A program made the position numbers and the translations under genes. A stretch of DNA of 64,000 bases from Geosiphon pyriformis uo1 (Eukaryota; Fungi; Glomeromycota): positions 234,764-298,763 of the forward strand of contig JAAOMT010000706.1 in NCBI GenBank assembly GCA_016748015.1, read 5' to 3'. Positions 1 through 11,725 of this stretch are shown here, piece after piece. The notes under the pieces were generated by a model, which saw only the letters and a list, made by a program, of their open reading frames with translations, made no database searches and was not told the DNA's origin. Position 1 is the first letter of the stretch; every line of letters starts with the position of its first letter.

Positions 1-588
1 GGCAATAGGTGCATATGCTATTAGTATGATGAGTTGTTGCTGTTGTACTGATAGTTGTGAGAGTAGTATTAATGGTTGTTGTAGTATTAGCTCAACAATC
101 AAGTCAATTGGTGGTTAATTGATCACAATTACTGAAGGTAAGTTTTGCTGATTAATAAGATCAGGATTTGGATTGTGCTGATTTTCCTAAGTTTGAATAT
201 TTGGGGTTTTGACTTCCAGATTTTCTACAATTGGGTTTTGGTAATTAAATTCTTGATTGTTATCTTTCTCTTTTTCCAATTCTGTTATCTTTCAGAGATT
301 TATGGACCTAAAATCTGGTTGAGGTGGTGGTGATCAAAATCCTAATGGTGTTGGTAATTGTAATTTAAATCCTTCAAAATAATCACCATATGTTCCTAAT
401 AATTCTGTTTTCTTTTGTTTACTTTAAAATGGGAGTTATCCAAATGTTAATGTTGTGTTTGATGTAGATGTGTCTGCTAATATAATATTGATGGTACTTT
501 CAGGTGTGTAATAATATGATGAATATAATGGATATTCAATTCTTTGTTTTTTCTACATTGATAATTGTATTTTTTTGGGGGTTGCTGC
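1..588 (-). mobile_element. Family B Gypsy element B1, gag N-terminal region (continues beyond window start), interrupted by A1
   Basis: Minus-strand translation is homologous to B3 gag (45512-46382). It joins 10441 across the CTGC TSD to read ...KGKLQTLAATPKKIQ... Confidence 0.8.
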
Positions 589-1555
589 TGTTACCAGAGG
601 TTTTTGGTCTCTTTTCTTGAATGTTGTAACTGTTTGTTGGTTGCAAATTCACATTTTCTAGAAGTAGTTGAACCTCCAATAACTGAATTTATCTTCAAAT
701 TATCTTTTATAATTTAAACTGCTGGACTTATAAGTAGAATGGCCAATTCTATGCCAGTTACTTTGTATAGTTACATTGTAGTAAATGCCAACTCTTTTTT
801 AGGAATTGCTCATTTGGAAGCTCACTAAAATATGTAGTTACTTTGCTGTAAAAGTCAACTCTTCTACAGAAATCTCGTCTGTAGGCTATCCTAATAATTA
901 CAGTAAGAAAATAAAAGAAAATAAAAGAAATGTAAAAGAAATTGAATTCTGTCAAGGGAAACTTTTTCTATCCAGGCCTGGAGTCACTAACAGTTTACTA
1001 AAATTGGTAGCTAATCAATTTTAAAACATTAGTTGGGTTTTGGGAATTTTCCAAGTGCAATAATTAAAAATTTGGTTTTTGAATTATTTGATATTTATTT
1101 CTTTTTGTGTGTGTAGGAATAATTCTAGTGATAAAATCTAAAGTAAGATACATTTTTTTGAAAAGAAAAGCTCTTTTTTTATACAACTTGTTATAGTACT
1201 AGTCTATGAACTTGCACTTTTTTTCTTTGCTCAAATTTTGGCAAACTAAAGATACATTTTGATAAACTACAAGTTATTTTGCTGAACTATTGATTAATTT
1301 GGATGAACTATTCATAATTTCGGCGAATTTCTATAAATTTCGGCGAATTTTAGAATGTTACAAAGTTCAGAGTATTGTGCAATTTGATCATTCTACTTTC
1401 TGTTATACTAATTGAATTATTTAATTGAATCGTGATATGTAATAATTGATTAAATAATAAATGATAATTTGAAATAATATTAATATATTAATTAATTATA
1501 GGAATTATAAGGGTAATTTTCCTGCTAATTAATAGCTAAAATTCTACTGATAACA
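589..1555 (-). repeat. 3' LTR of A1 (967 bp)
   Basis: Direct repeat of 9494-10440, 20 bp longer because of a tandem duplication near 1313-1352; preceded on the minus strand by the PPT. Confidence 0.95.
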
Positions 1556-2242
1556 AAATCTCCTCCTCAAGACTGAGCTCCATCAAAGTCCAAGCACTAT
1601 CTGTGATATTGAGATAGTAATCCAAAATAATTGAAATAATCTGGTTTGAAAATTGTTGAAATTTCAGTTCTGTAAGTTTGCCAATGTATTGGACTTTTAT
1701 TGGTTGCAGTATGGAATTTTGTAGAACATTTTCACAAGTATTAAACAAATTATAAAGTTTAAAAGCTGCTTTAAGTTTGTAGCAAGTGTTTGTTGGTCCA
1801 GCTGCTGTTTTGAATTCATTGTAGATTTGTTTTTGTATAACTTCAGGAGTGAGATTTGTTGCTTTAAGTTCCAGTTTTCGTTCATAAAGTGTTTTTCCAA
1901 TTTGAAAGTATTTATAGATAGAGGTGTGTTCATTGTCCTGTTCATTGAGAAGTAGTAGTAGTTTTTGTTGCATTGTAGCATTTGGTAGAATATCAATAGG
2001 GGCAATTAGCAGATTTTCTTCTAGTGCCTGCTTCAAAAGTCTTGGTAATCTATTCTCAGAGTGACTTCTTGTTTCTCTTCTATAGGGGTGATAGTTCTGT
2101 AAATAATTTGCTACTGAGACTGTGGTTTCTTTCTGAATGTATTTAATTTGACTTCCATTATTGTTATAGATAAGTCAGGGAGTGTTTTCAAGACTAACAT
2201 TAACTTTTGGGATATTTGTTAAATATTTCAGGGAATAATTAT
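1536..2242 (-). pseudogene. Accessory ORF3 of A1 (post-integrase, unknown function), disrupted
   Basis: ORF 1536-2036 (166 aa) matches the C-terminal part of the open 235-aa ORF 28906-29613; it runs through the PPT and stops inside the LTR. Confidence 0.8.
1559..1568 (-). promoter_or_regulatory. Polypurine tract of A1
   Basis: GAGGAGGAGA 3 nt upstream of the 3' LTR; identical tract at 29581-29590 in A2. Confidence 0.85.
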
Positions 2243-2393
2243 GATAAAATTGACTAATTATGAAAAGAGAGAATAAAGAAAATTATTTTTGGGTATAAAG
2301 TTTTTATTTGTTTTTGGGTTTTGGGTGTTTTGTAATTATTTATTATTTTTGTCTTTTATGTGTTGTTAAAGATTATTGTAAAATTATGTTGAA

Positions 2394-3766
2394 TTAAGTG
2401 TTTAAGTTTGGTTGTTGTTTTATTATAATTATTGGTTCTAAATTTCGGGAAATATCTTCAAGATTAATTAAAGGAGAATGTGTACCAATTTGTGAAATTA
2501 ATGGTTCAGGATTGTTTCTGGAATAATAGTGTTTCAATCTATTTCCATGTACAACTTTTGCTAGTACTTTGTCATCAAGTCTTAACTTGTATGATCCATT
2601 GCCTAAAATTTCGTGAATATAAAATGGTCCATCCCATTTGTTTTCAAATTTCCCATTCCATTGTTTTTCAGTCTTAGTTCTGTGTAAGAGAACTTTATTT
2701 CCTATTTTAAATTGGGTGGTAATTTGTTGTCATGTCTTTCTTTTTGTTGAGCTTGAGAATGTTCAATATGAATTGCTGCTATCCTTCTTTTTCCTTCTAG
2801 TGTACTAAGAAGAGTGTAGGCCCTTCTTTGGAGTGTTTCTTGCAAGTTCTCTTCATTAATTGGTTGTACAAGATATGTTTCCACTGTGAAATTAATTGGT
2901 AATGTTGCTGTTCTTCCATAAGTAAGATCAAATGGTGTGTGTTTCATAGTATTTTGTTTTAGTATTCTGTATGCTAGTAACACTAATGGAATAAAGATAT
3001 CCCATTCCTGTTCAAAGTTTGTTGAGACTTTGGCTAGAGATTCACACAATGTTCTGTTGAAATGTTCTACAAGTCCATTTGTTTAAGGGTAATAAGGTGA
3101 TGATAGAGGTCTTTTGATATTGAATCATTCACAAATTTTTTGTATCAAGTTGTTCACAAAATGTGTTCCTTGATCAGATAAGAGTTCAATTGGGCATCTA
3201 TGTCTACAGATAATGTCTTTATAAATAAAATTTGCTATTGATTTTATATCTGCTCTTTGAATGGCTCTAGCTTCAGGCCATTTGATAAGATAATCCACTG
3301 CAACTGCAATATAACAATTTTTTGGGTTGTGATAGGTAATGGTCTGACTAAATCAATTCTAACTCTGTCAAAAGGTTGTCCAACTTTGATTGGATTTAAA
3401 GATTCTGTGGGACGAGTTCCTCCTTTTTTTTTGACAACTATCACAAGATTCTACATATTGTCAAATGTCTTTTTGTATGTGAGGCCAAAAATAATGTTCA
3501 AGAGTTCTTTGAATTGTTCCATTTCTTGCCAAGTGTGCTGAAAAAGGATCTGTGTGCATGTTGTATAGAATTGTTTCATTTTCATTTTCCTGTATTAATT
3601 TGAGTGGTTGGTTTGGGTTTTTACAATTTTTGTAATAGATTTTGTTGTGATGTATAAAATATTGTTTGAATTGGTGTTGTAATCAATGTTTTTCACTTGG
3701 AAACCAATTTTCTGGCATGGTGAGAGTCTCCAAATAGTTTTTGATGTTGTAGTTTTCTGGATCCAT
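2394..3766 (-). pseudogene. Integrase of A1 (separate ORF)
   Basis: Starts MDPENYNI; HHCC zinc finger, IDLV, SDQGTHF, GLVEHFN core and GPF motif; no chromodomain; stops and frameshifts present. Confidence 0.9.
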
Positions 3767-3833
3767 TGTTGTTGATTTTGTTGTTTGTTCTGCTGTTAAG
3801 TTTGTTGGTATTTTGTTGGTGTTGATGTTGGTA

Positions 3834-6800
3834 TTAATATTGTTTCATTCTTGAGAGGCTATCAACATTGGTGTGTAGTTTTCCTGGTTTGTAATGTACA
3901 ATGTATCTGTAGTCTGCTAGGAAGTCATTCCATTGAGACTGTTTGGCATTTTGTTCAGTTTTCTTTTTATTAAGCCATTTGAGACCAATATTGTTAGTTA
4001 TTATGTCAAATTCTTTTCTATTCTTCAGGTATTGTTGAAAGTGTTTGAGAGCCCAGATGACTGCAGCGGCTTCCAATTCAGTTGAACCATATTTGAGTTC
4101 TGTTAGTTTGAGTGTTCTGCTGGCATAGGTAATAACTTGTTTCTGGCCATTTTTATCTAATTGTGATAAGATGGCACCAAATGCTATGTGTGAAGCATCA
4201 ATGGCTAATTGGAATCATTTGTTGAAGTCTGGGTAAGCAAGAACTGGAGCTGTTATCAATTTTGTTTTGAGAGTTTCAAAAGCTTTTTGTTGTTCTTCAG
4301 TTCATTTGTATGGTACGTTTTTGTTGGTAAGATAATTGAATGATTTGGCAATTTCTGAGAATCTTTTTATAAATTTTCAATAGTAAGAGACTAATCCTAC
4401 AAATCCTTATAGTTCTGTGGTATTTCTGGGAGTTTGAAAGTTTTTGACAACACTAATTGTTCCAGGATTTGGTTTGACTTCATCTTTGCTAATAATGTGT
4501 CCAAAAAAGATTAAGCTTGTTTTTCCAAAGTGACATTTCTCAATATTCAACTTCAATCCTGCTTTCCATAATTGTTGAAAAACTTCTTACAGGTGAATAA
4601 GATGGGCTTCAAAGCTTGGTGAGTACACATTAGTGTCATCAAGGTAAACAACTATTGATTGCCATAAGAGTTCTTCATATACAACATCCATGAGTTATTA
4701 GAATATTGCTGGTGCATTGCAGAGTTCAAAAGGCATAATATTGAACTCATAGTTTCCTTCTTAAATGGTGAATGCTGTTTTGGGTCAGTTTTTTGGGTCT
4801 ATTTCGACTTGTTAGTATCCACTTTCTAAGTCTAAAGTTGAGAAGAACTTGGCTTTTCTTAGAGCATCTAGTATGTCATCAATTCTTGGAAGAGAGTAAG
4901 CATCTCCAATTATTACACTGTTCAATTAGCAATAGTTAACACAAAATCTGATTTTTTCATTTTTCTTTTTGACAAGAACTACTGGTGAGGCCCAAAAACT
5001 TCTTGATAATTGAATCAATCTGTTATTGAGCATTCTCTGGACTTTTTTTCTGATGAATTGGTGGCTAGCAGGTGGCACTTTGTAAGCTTGCTGACATTTT
5101 GGTAGAGCATTTCTTGTATAAATCTAATGTTGAATCATATCTGTTTTTCCCAGATTATTGTTGTCTTTTGCAAATATATCTGCAAATTCAGCTATTAATT
5201 GTTTCAATTGTCTTTGTTGTTGAGGTTTTAAGAGACCCATGTTGATTTGAGAGAGTTTTTCTTTCAAAAAGTGGTAGTTTTCAGTAGTAAAAATGATATT
5301 TGGATTTGGGAGTAAAGTGTGCCTTACAATTTCAATGAAATTAAAGACAATTTGAGAGTTTTCATCTTGAAAAATATTGCTGTGTATGATTCCAATCTCT
5401 AGTTTGTTTAATAAAACAATAGGGTAATTATTGGGGTTGTAGAATATAACTTGAAATTTTTTCATTCCTTTGGGAATATAAACGTTTGGAATTGAGATTT
5501 CATGCTTCAAACAAATTTGTTCATTGGATTCAAAGATTTGTTGTATAGTGGTGGGTTTTGAGCAAGTGTAAATTTCGTGATGTTCTCCAAAAGGTGAAAT
5601 AGTAATTGGCTGGGGAAGTTGAAGAATCTGGTGAGATTCATTTTGTGTATTAAGAGCTATGTTTACTGGAACTGTAAATCGTCCAGTTGAACCAAAACCT
5701 TGAGTTCTTTTTTCACTTTTTCCCAATTGTTCTTTGTTGTTTAGTGATTGTAAACCTGAAATGTTGATTAAGGGTAAGTAAATTGCTTGAGCAATTTTTT
5801 CAGCATGTTCAATTTTGAATGGTTTGTCTGTCTCATTTTGTAATATGATGGTAATGTTTCCAGTGTATTCTGCATTTATAACTCCTCCTCTAATATTGAT
5901 TCCTTTGCTTGCCAATGATGATCTGGAGGCAATTTGAACTATTGCTCTTGGTGGAATTTCAAGAGCAATTTTGAGATTGATTTTTGTCAAGAACTTTGGT
6001 TGGAGAACCAAAGTATCTTTTTCTGGGTATCTTAGGTCATATCCAGCATCAATTTCATGTGCTTTTTTTGGTCTGATTTTTTGGCCATGGTTGTCAAAAT
6101 ATTCAAGTTGTAAAGGTGGTTGCTTTTCAAGAAGATAGATGAGGGTGGTTGGTAGTTTTTTTACTAGTTCAGATACTCCAAATTCGATTTTATTTTCATT
6201 ATTCTCATCTGGCAGAGGAATGCTAAGAGCATAACATTCTAAACACCATTGGTCATCACAAGGCATAACATATTCTTCACACAATTGAATGTTCATTTGC
6301 TCTAATTGTTGAATTTGAGCTTCTTTGGTCGGATATGTGTGGCTTGCAATTTGGTAATAGGTTTTTACTTCATCTTCATAATCAAATCCAGCTAATTTCA
6401 TGGTATACTCAATATATTCAGCTTCTTTCATTTAGTGGACATCTTCTTGGGTGGTTCTATTGATCAATGCCATTGCTAGGTCAAAAATCATTTCAGCATC
6501 ATGAGGGTAGTAGTAAAGTTTATTGAGAGCACTGTTGTATGCTGTATCAAATAGTGTTCTTCTTCTGACTTTTTCCGAAATTGATAAAGCATATTGACAG
6601 ATCTGATCACATACTCCTCCTCTCATTGCTATATCAATCCAATTGTATTCTTCTGGTAGTCTTTCTCTACAAGTAAGGCAAGAAGTTTTGTCACATTTTC
6701 CACTTCTCTTTGGAGATCCAAATTGTTCTCTATGGCATGCCTTGCAGAAATAACAAGTGCGAGTTTTGTATTCCTCTTCTGGGGAAATACAGGCTCCCAT

Positions 6801-9446
6801 AGATGAAAGCTTCTTTTTGCAATCTTTGCATTTTAGTGGAATGTATGGTGGTGCTTTTCGTGATTCTGGTGTGAAATATCTAACTTTCTTTCATTCTCTT
6901 GATTCTTCAAAAATCTCTTGTTCTGTTTCCTCAGCCCAATTGGATGGTGATTTAAGAGCCATGTAGGTTTCAGTGAGTGGCATTTCCTTCTCTTTTTCAA
7001 ATTCAAATACTGAAGCTTTTTCTGATTGTTTGTTAAAGGTACTACAGGTTGCAGGTACTATGGTATATTGTTCTTGATATGAGATTTTAAGTTCTTGAGT
7101 TTCCCAGTTCAGGTTTGTATTGGCCTTAAGAAGCCAATCATTTTTGACTAGAGCTTGGTATTGGGGTGCATCCATAACAAGAACTTTAATTGGAATAGTG
7201 ATTCTATTAATTGTAAAGGAGAAATCATCAATTTCTCCTACTGGAGTTTTCTTCATACCATCAGCTGTGACAATAACTGTTTGAGCTGGTCTGTCTATGT
7301 TTCGTTTGAGTTGTTGCATCAGTTGGTAAGTGATGATGCTTCCAGCCAATTCACTATCTAAGATTAAGCAAATGGGTTTTTCTTCTACTGTAGTTTCTGT
7401 GTACATAGCAGTAATTGCTTTCTGTTCATTGACTGCTGCATTACTAAGCAGAAATAGTGATTCATTTGCTTCAAATTCAAATGGAAATATATCTGACAGA
7501 TTGGCATTTTGGGCAATTTGAGCTGGTAGAATGGTGTGGTTGGAAGGGTTTGATCTTGGTGCTGCAACTTCACCTTTAGAAAGTGCAGTTTGTTGAAAAT
7601 CCGATTCCTCTGGTATTGTAAGATAACTGGGTTGAGTGTAATAGTGATTGGGTTTTTGTTGACCAGAATTTCGGAGAACCAACTGGTTATTTGAATTGAT
7701 TCTGTTGTTGTTACTTTGCAATTGATTTTGGGGTGTGGATTGGTTATGTTGAACTAATCTTCTTGCTGGTACTTGATATTGTTGAGTGGGTGGTGTCTGA
7801 TATGGCTGAATTGGTAAAGATTGCTAATATTGTTACTGCATTGGTTGTGGAGCTGGTGGATAATAACTGTTTTGATTTTGTGGTTTTGGTGAATAATAGG
7901 TTGGTGGTGAAGATTGGTAATAAGATTGTTGTGGTAAAGAGTAACATTGATTACTCCTGTTTTGTTGGTCTCTTTGTAATTTCTTACAATCTCGTTTCTA
8001 GTGTTCTGGGATTTCACAATAATGACAATTTTGAGGTTGGTTGTTGGATGGTAATCCAAAATTGTTTTGGTTGCATCATTGTGGAGGTTGATATCTTTGT
8101 GGTTGTTGTTGGTTTGTGAAATAGCTTTCAACTTTTTTTGTGAGTTGGTCTATCTTTTCTTCAGCTGCTGAACTGGTTTCTCCAATTGTAAGGTTTACAA
8201 GCTTGGTGTGATTTGCTTCTTCCATTGCCATTTCATAGCTCTTTACATGTCTAATAGCAGTTGCTAAGTCTGCTGGAGCATGTGGATAGACTTTCTTAAT
8301 CAGTTTGTCTTTTAACTCTGCTATAAACTGATTCAGAATTTAAGTATCAGAATAGTAGTTATTGGTTTCCAATTGTCAGATTCGTCTGAGAAGTTTGTTA
8401 AATCTTCCAAGATAGGTTATAACAGTTTCAGATGTTTCTTGTTTGATATTGGGAAAGTGGTTTCTGAGAGTGATAGAGGTATTGTTGTTGGTGAATTATT
8501 GTAGAAAAGCATCTTTGAATGCTTGCCAGTTTTCAAATGGTTCTTCTAAATTTTCAAACCATTCTCCTGCTGTTCTTTAGAGAAAGTAAGGAATTGCTTT
8601 AAGCATTCTTGCTGCAATCCAACCATTTGTATTTCCTGCTTTTTGAACTTTGTCGAGCCATTCTTGAGAACTGGTATCATTATCTTCACCCGTGAATTCT
8701 GGAATCTTTGCAATGTAAGCAGTTGTGATTTCCTCTTCATTTTCTGTGGCTTCTCCTTGTTCTGATTCAGTTTCTTCACTTTCTAAATTTTCTGAATGAT
8801 TACTTTCGTTTTCCTGCAAGTATTTAATAATATTGGTGCTTGTTGATATAGATTCCTGCTGTTGAGTAAGATTTCTAGGTGACTGAAAATCTTTTGGTCT
8901 GGAGAAATTTTTAAGTAGTGAATTTGGTGTTTGTGGTCGAGCAAATAAAATTAGAAATGGTGTGATAAAAAGTAGTAATTTGACACTGGTTCCTTGTTCA
9001 GATGTTTGCAAGTGTTTGGCAGTTGTCTTTGGTAGTATTGGAGTGTTTGGAGCGGTTTTTGAGTGTTGTTTCACTTTTTGTTTGTCTTTGTTGCCTGTTT
9101 CTGTTTCTGATTCAAAGTCAAAAGAGTATTTAAACTGTACTGGATATTTTTCTTCACAATACTTGATAATGTTGTAATTGAGTTCTTGAAAGTAGGTGGC
9201 AAGTGTTTCACTATTAAGATCTTCAGTTCCCAATTGTGAATAGTGTACTAGGTTATTGTAGAAGTTGCTTCTCACTTCTGAAATGTTGTAATTTCCAAGA
9301 AAATAATTGTTGATACAGTTTTTAATATATTGGTAGAGTGTTTTTTCAACAATTTTAATTCTGTCTGAGATGTTAAATCTCTGCTTGCAATAGGTGTAAA
9401 TTGACTGATAATACTCTAGAGTTGTTGTGTCTGGTGTGGTTGCCAC
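3834..9446 (-). pseudogene. gag-PR-Cys-rich-dUTPase-RT-RNaseH polyprotein of A1, one frame with premature stops
   Basis: ORF fragments 8577-9446, 6891-7721, 6432-6800, 5124-6431 and 3834-4076 are all in one frame. Capsid IPEFTG..QEWL, CCHC knuckle near 8000, protease LILDS(G), RT YLDD at 4634-4645, RNaseH DASH and ELEAAA, ending DSLSRMKQY-stop. Confidence 0.92.
5682..6080 (-). other. dUTPase domain within A1 pol
   Basis: All five trimeric dUTPase motifs: AGYDL, RSS, GGVI(N)AEYTG, KIAQ, GFGSTG. Confidence 0.92.
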
Positions 9447-9473
9447 TTTGAAGTTTGTTGTTTGCTGTGTTAT

Positions 9474-9491
9474 TTCTGTAAGAGAGCATTA
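9474..9491 (-). promoter_or_regulatory. Primer binding site of A1 (mutated; consensus TGGTGCTCTC from A3/B3)
   Basis: Lies 2 nt after the 5' LTR; other copies read TGGTGCTCT/TGGTGCTCC, complementary to a tRNA ending -GAGCACCA; tRNA identity not determined. Confidence 0.7.
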
Positions 9492-9493
9492 AA

Positions 9494-10440
9494 TGTTACC
9501 AGAGATTTTTGGTCTCTTTTTTTGAATGTTGTAACTGTTTGTTGGTTGCAAATTCACGTTTTCTAGAAGTAGTTGAACCTCCAATAACTGAATTTATCTT
9601 CAAATTATCTCCTATAATTTGAATTGCTGGGCTTATAAGTGGAATGGCCAATTCCATGCCAGTTACTTTGTATAATTATGTTGTAGTAAATGCCAACTCT
9701 TTTTCAGGAATTGTTCATCTAGAAGTTCACTAAAATGTGTAGTTACTTTGCTGTGAAAGTCAACCCTTCTACAGAAATCTCATCTGTAAGCTACCCTAAT
9801 GATTATAGTAAGAAAATAAAAGAAAATAAAAGAAATGTAAAAGAATTTGAATTCTGTCAAGGAAAACGTTTTTTATCCAGGTCTGGAGTCACTAACAGTT
9901 TACTGAAATTGGTAGCTAATCAATTTCAAAATGTTAGTTGGGTTTTGGGAATTTTCCAAGTGCAATAATTAAAAATTTGGTTTTCAAATTATTTGATATT
10001 TATTTCTTTTTGTGTGTATAGGAATGGTTCTAGTAATAAAATCTAAAATAAGATACATTTTCTTGAAAAAAAAAGCTCTTTTTTTATACAACTTGTTGTA
10101 GTACTAGTCTATGAACTTGCACTTTTTTTCTTTGCTCAAATTTTGGTAAACTAAAGATACATTTTGATGAACTACAAGTTATTTCGCTGAACTATTGATT
10201 AATTTGGATGAACTATTCATAATTTCGGCAAATTTTAGAATGTTACAAAGTTCAGGGTATTGTGCAATTTGATTATCCTACTTTTTGTTATACTAATTGG
10301 ATTATTTAATTGAATCGTGATATGTGATAATTGATTAAATAATAAATGATAATTTGAAATAATATTAATATATTAATTAATTATAAGAATTATAAGAGTA
10401 ATTTTTCTGCTAATTAATAGCTAAAATTCTACTGGTAACA
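9494..10440 (-). repeat. 5' LTR of A1 (947 bp)
   Basis: Repeat of 589-1555; followed by PBS and gag. Confidence 0.95.
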
Positions 10441-11725
10441 CTGCTAATGTTTGTAGCTTTCCTTTACTCTTATCTGCATAGGTAATAAAGAATTGTTGTT
10501 AAGTATATCTTTCAATTTCTTGATTGATTTTCCTGATAATTGGTGCAAAATTATGATTTTGTGGTAAGCTGATATATTGGATTAGTTCTGTATAGAAATT
10601 TTCTCTTGCTAATTCAATGTCAACTGGTCTTTTTAAGAAATCTGTAATTTTTTTGTTAATGTAAAAGTTGAAGGCTGATTCCACTGGATAATAGTTGTTA
10701 GTTAAGTCTAATTGTTGGCTATACTATTGAAATAAGAATTTGGTGAATCCTAAATGGTTTGTTCCTATTATTTCTGATTTTGTCACTTTTGGATAACTGC
10801 TATTGGTACTAGTTTTCTGTAAAATTATATCTCATAGGGAGCACCAAATGTTACAAGTGATTATTTGGGGTCTTGAATTCAATAACAAACCCATAATTTG
10901 GTGCTAATTTGCTTGATAACATTGGTAATATTAGAAGATTGTTTGTATTTAAAAGTTTTGGTAATCTGAAGGTTTTGTGATAAAGTCTTTTGTATAATAG
11001 ACAGAGATTCAGTTATGATTTTAGTAGCTTCTCAGAATCACAATTCCATCCAATTTCTTTTTCAGCTTGATGACCAGTTTTATTCTGGCAGTCATGCTCT
11101 TTTAGTAAGTTATCTGTTAATATATATAATATTACTCTTATTTCTGGGTCTTTTATCAGACTATCTGTAATGTCAATAACTCAGTACTTAATTTTTAATC
11201 AATTAGTAACAACAAAAAATTAACAAAAGAAAAAAATAAAATAAAAAAATAAAAAAATAAGCCAAGGCAATAAATATTAGTATTCCATCAATAGCCATGA
11301 TCAAAAGCTATTGTTTCAGTGTGATTAAGTATTGGTTACTTTAACATGAAGTATTGATAGTGAAGAATGGATTGAGATAGCAAATAATTATTTATTGATA
11401 TTTGTAAATGGAAAGGTTGCTTAAATCAAATCTAAACTAAAAGATCTGTCTTTTCTACTTCTAATATTACCACTATATATACATAATTAAGATTCCTCAA
11501 TTTCTCAATTCTTTGCCTTAGGAATCCTGGAATTCCTAGAATCCTGCAATTTCTTTGAGAGAAATCCTGGAATTCTAAAATCCTGTGATTTCTCGTATAA
11601 GAATCCTAAAATTCTTGGAATTCTGCAATTCCTTTGAGAAGAATCCTGGAATTTCACATTTACTATGGCTACTTCTGATTGGCTAATTTATATGTTAATA
11701 TACTTCCTATATTCTATAAATAACA
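10441..11725 (-). mobile_element. B1 5' end: gag start, PBS and 5' LTR (10849-11725)
   Basis: ORF 10499-10684 is homologous to 46017-46382; PBS TGGTGCTCCCTATGAG; LTR TGTTA...TAACA with GGAATTCC-rich U3 repeats at about 11500-11655. Confidence 0.88.

Larger units (their letters stand above)
589..10440 (-). mobile_element. Full-length Ty3/Gypsy LTR retrotransposon A1 (decayed)
   Basis: Two LTRs (589-1555, 9494-10440) with TGTTA(C/T)CAG...CTGGTAACA termini; 4-bp TSD CTGC (585-588, 10441-10444); PBS, PPT; domain order gag-PR-dUTPase-RT-RH-IN. Confidence 0.95.

Noticed and set aside
758-1024. Small ORFs within A LTRs (also 9735-9968)
   Set aside because: Short, starts not consistent between copies, no motifs
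1536-2242. ORF3 as a retroviral env
   Set aside because: Short, with no evident signal peptide, furin site or transmembrane anchor
7595-7606. GGATTTT slippery site for a gag-pol frameshift
   Set aside because: gag and protease are already in the same frame in A1, so no shift is needed
7733-8131. Antisense and alternate-frame ORFs over gag/pol and LINE regions (e.g. 7733-8119, 16031-16570, 59906-60235)
   Set aside because: Shadow ORFs caused by strand compositional skew
11500-11655. CRISPR-like or heat-shock-element array
   Set aside because: Degenerate tandem repeats inside an LTR with no unique spacers or cas genes; GAA/TTC spacing mostly does not fit nGAAnnTTCn
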